NCBI GenBank assembly: GCA_040222015.1
Contig: JAVJWO010000015.1
Span: forward strand, 1 to 39,171
Length of the DNA stretch: 39,171 nt
From: Coleofasciculus chthonoplastes F2-STO-03
GTDB lineage: Bacteria > Cyanobacteriota > Cyanobacteriia > Cyanobacteriales > Coleofasciculaceae
Direction: 5' to 3'
This document shows, piece after piece, positions 37,038 to 39,171 of the stretch. The notes under the pieces are model-generated. The model did not search any database. It saw nothing but the letters and a program-made list of their open reading frames with translations, and was not told the DNA's origin. Each line of letters starts with the position of its first letter. Within the stretch, counting starts at the first letter, position 1. The translations under genes and the position numbers were made by a program.

Positions 37038-38846
37038 TTAAATCCCATGGCTTTTGCCAATTACCCAATGACGACGAAAGAAACGAGCCAGCGCTGATTC
37101 TTCTAGGGGTAAGTAAATCGGGCGCCCGTGGGGACAGGTGCGGGGGTGGCGAGTCATTTTCCATTGATTTAATAATGTCTGCATCTGGTCTAAATTTAAG
37201 GGTGTGCCATTACGAATTGCACTGCGACAAGCTGTGGCAACTTGTGCGTTTTGTAAGTCTCCACCTAAACTGAGTTCTAATAGGGCATCAGCACAGTCAT
37301 CTCGCTGATGTAGTAGGGCGGGTGCGTTGCGAACAGCCCACATTTGATCACCAAAGGGTTCTATTTCTAAGCCAATCCGTTGCAGTTGTTCGAGTTGAAC
37401 GGGAGTTAAATGATTGAGAATTACGGGGGGTTCTAGGGGAACCAGTTGCCAGCGATCGCACAATTGTTCGTACAAGACTCGCTCATGAGCAATATGCTGC
37501 TCAATTAACCACATTCCTGTATCATGTTCTGCCAGAATATACATGTTACGTACTTGGGCAACGGCTTTTAATTCCACTAAGCCAATATCGGAAGGATTAC
37601 GCTCCTGTTTTGGTGACTCATCCAGGTGATAAACGCCCTTTTTTGCCGAGGCTGTCAGTAATTTGCCGACGCGATGGGATTGAGAGGCGGTGTCAAAATT
37701 TTCCGCCCCAATCCGCAGGGCTTGTTCAATGGCTTGGCTAATCTGTTCTTGCCAATAGGAAAGGGAATGCAGATAAATCTCGGCTTTGGCGGGATGACGA
37801 TTCCAATCAATTTGACTGGGGCAAATTTGTAGGTGAATAAAACAAATCGGATAGCGATCGCGCGGTAAGGTTTTCGCCATGGCGGTTAGAATCGTCTGTT
37901 CCAATTCTGGCGATCGCACTAATCGTCCATTGGTGGCTACTTTAACCCAATCTGGGCGGCGACGGTGACAGCGATCGGGTAATCCCAAAACCAAGGAGAG
38001 TTTTGAGTTTTGACCCTTCGCTTCGCTCAAGGGCATGGTTTGCCGAAAGTAGGGGCGGGTTTCACTACTATCCTTTTTTGTCACCTTGATGTTAGTAAAC
38101 CCGCCCTCACCTCCCCATCTCCCCATCTCCCCTGCACCTTGGCTCCCCTCCTCTGGTGTGGGAACATCTAGGGTTAATTGCTGCAAATCATGCACGCGCA
38201 CTTGTTTGAGGAGTTGCGGGATGATCTGTTGAGCCGTTTTACCCGGACTAATTGTAAACCAGGAGCGATCGCAGTGCTGAACTTGCCAGGTAACTGAGGG
38301 ATGGCAAAGGGCTATATTCTGTATCGTGGCTTGGATTAGGCGTTGTTGTTGGCTTCTCGACGGTAATCCCTGACGACGCAGACGCCACTTGCCAAATAGA
38401 TTCGAGACAGTCACCACTGTACCTGGCGCGATCGCAACGGCTTCTGTTTCTTCTGCTTCCCCCTGGGTATTATACGTACAGCGCCATCCCTCAAAACCTG
38501 TCAGTCGGCTGCATATCTCTAATTCGGCTAACGCTGCGATACTATGCAGGGCTTCACCGCGAAATCCCAAACTGGTAATCTTGTATAAATCATCGCGACT
38601 TTGAATTTTGCTGGTGCTGTGTGCCGATGCAGCTTTTTGTAAATCTGTCAAGTCCATACCCGTGCCATTATCTGCCACGCGCACGCGCCACAAATCAAAC
38701 CATACAGCCACAGCGATGCGCGTCGCCCCAGCATCCAAAGCATTTTCCACTAATTCTCGTACCACGGCGGCTAAGGAATCAATCACCTCGCCAGCCGCAA
38801 TTAAGTTAACAACCTCCATTGGTAGGGTTTGAATAGAACCAGTCAT
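37038..38846 (-). CDS. mutL: DNA mismatch repair endonuclease MutL
   Basis: IAAGEVI, ELVENALDAGA, DNGTGM, HSTSKI, GFRGEAL, DWNRHPAK, EQHIAHE, ACRSAI and CPHGRP. ATG 38846 chosen. Confidence 0.97.
   Translation of the reverse strand: MTGSIQTLPMEVVNLIAAGEVIDSLAAVVRELVENALDAGATRIAVAVWFDLWRVRVADNGTGMDLTDLQKAASAHSTSKIQSRDDLYKITSLGFRGEALHSIAALAELEICSRLTGFEGWRCTYNTQGEAEETEAVAIAPGTVVTVSNLFGKWRLRRQGLPSRSQQQRLIQATIQNIALCHPSVTWQVQHCDRSWFTISPGKTAQQIIPQLLKQVRVHDLQQLTLDVPTPEEGSQGAGEMGRWGGEGGFTNIKVTKKDSSETRPYFRQTMPLSEAKGQNSKLSLVLGLPDRCHRRRPDWVKVATNGRLVRSPELEQTILTAMAKTLPRDRYPICFIHLQICPSQIDWNRHPAKAEIYLHSLSYWQEQISQAIEQALRIGAENFDTASQSHRVGKLLTASAKKGVYHLDESPKQERNPSDIGLVELKAVAQVRNMYILAEHDTGMWLIEQHIAHERVLYEQLCDRWQLVPLEPPVILNHLTPVQLEQLQRIGLEIEPFGDQMWAVRNAPALLHQRDDCADALLELSLGGDLQNAQVATACRSAIRNGTPLNLDQMQTLLNQWKMTRHPRTCPHGRPIYLPLEESALARFFRRHWVIGKSHGI
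38049..38106. repeat. REP-like element inside mutL
   Basis: GTAGGGGCGGGTTTCACTACTATC..AAACCCGCCC. The first 24 nt are identical to the intergenic copy at 26500. Confidence 0.85.
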
Positions 38847-39171
38847 AGTTTGCAGTAGGAGCGGGGTTAGCACTGTTGCGTTTCGCTGTTGATGATAACG
38901 TTTTCTCAAAACCAGCCCTGTAAACACTGATTTCACGGAGGCGTTAGTTATCAATGGACAAAAGATGATTAGATTATCGGGAAAATTATTAACTTTTCTG
39001 TGTTAATCTGTGTCATTTAATCGTGAGACTTCGGTTCTTCAGTACTTATTATGCTAAATTGTTAGTTGAAATATTCAAAGCCTTTATATAACAAAAGGTT
39101 TGGGCGTTATCTGGATGTTTTTCTCAATTTTGAATAGCTGAGGCGCTACAATTATTATGGGGCTTGGTTTT

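Noticed and set aside
38847..38954. Longer mutL start given in the ORF track
   Set aside because: MutL homology begins at IQTLP, just after ATG 38846.
1..39171. tRNA/rRNA genes and the remaining short antisense or overlapping ORFs
   Set aside because: No RNA gene signatures were recognised, and the short ORFs overlap well-supported genes without motifs of their own.

Overview
Genomic DNA from a cyanobacterium, probably filamentous. This is inferred from about 20 HIP1 GCGATCGC octamers, heptamer STRR repeats and cyanobacteria-type gene families. The window has four blocks. (1) ~200-14300 is a RiPP biosynthetic gene cluster in two convergent arms. The + arm has a duplicated 71-aa protein around an aspartyl protease, an IS630-like HTH protein, a cNMP/C39-peptidase ABC exporter, HlyD and PpiC. 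The - arm has an APH-type kinase and a HopA1-like lyase (the class V lanthipeptide LanK/LanY dehydratase pair), an atypical aldo/keto reductase lacking its canonical catalytic residues, a second PpiC, two double-glycine precursor peptides with S-[S/T]-P-x-C cores and a small unknown protein. No LanC/LanM cyclase, HFCD decarboxylase or methyltransferase is present. This is the most interesting system in the window. (2) ~15260-27940 holds a filamentous-haemagglutinin-family exoprotein, an Rpn nuclease and a TPR-CHAT protease, convergent with an HTH-NB-ARC ATPase, a Ser/Thr kinase-TPR and an exported TPR protein. (3) 28359-31346 holds a small membrane protein and a phosphoketolase/transketolase-family enzyme. 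(4) 31556-36603 is a defence/TA-like islet (AIPR, DUF433 plus truncated PIN-like gene, AAA ATPase plus TOPRIM-like gene, Uma2), followed by mutL. Intergenic DNA is dense in GTAG-type REP-like palindromes and structured dispersed repeats. Several have entered coding sequences (mutL, the kinase 3' end, the NB-ARC stop codon). All family assignments come from motif recognition by eye; no database searches were run.
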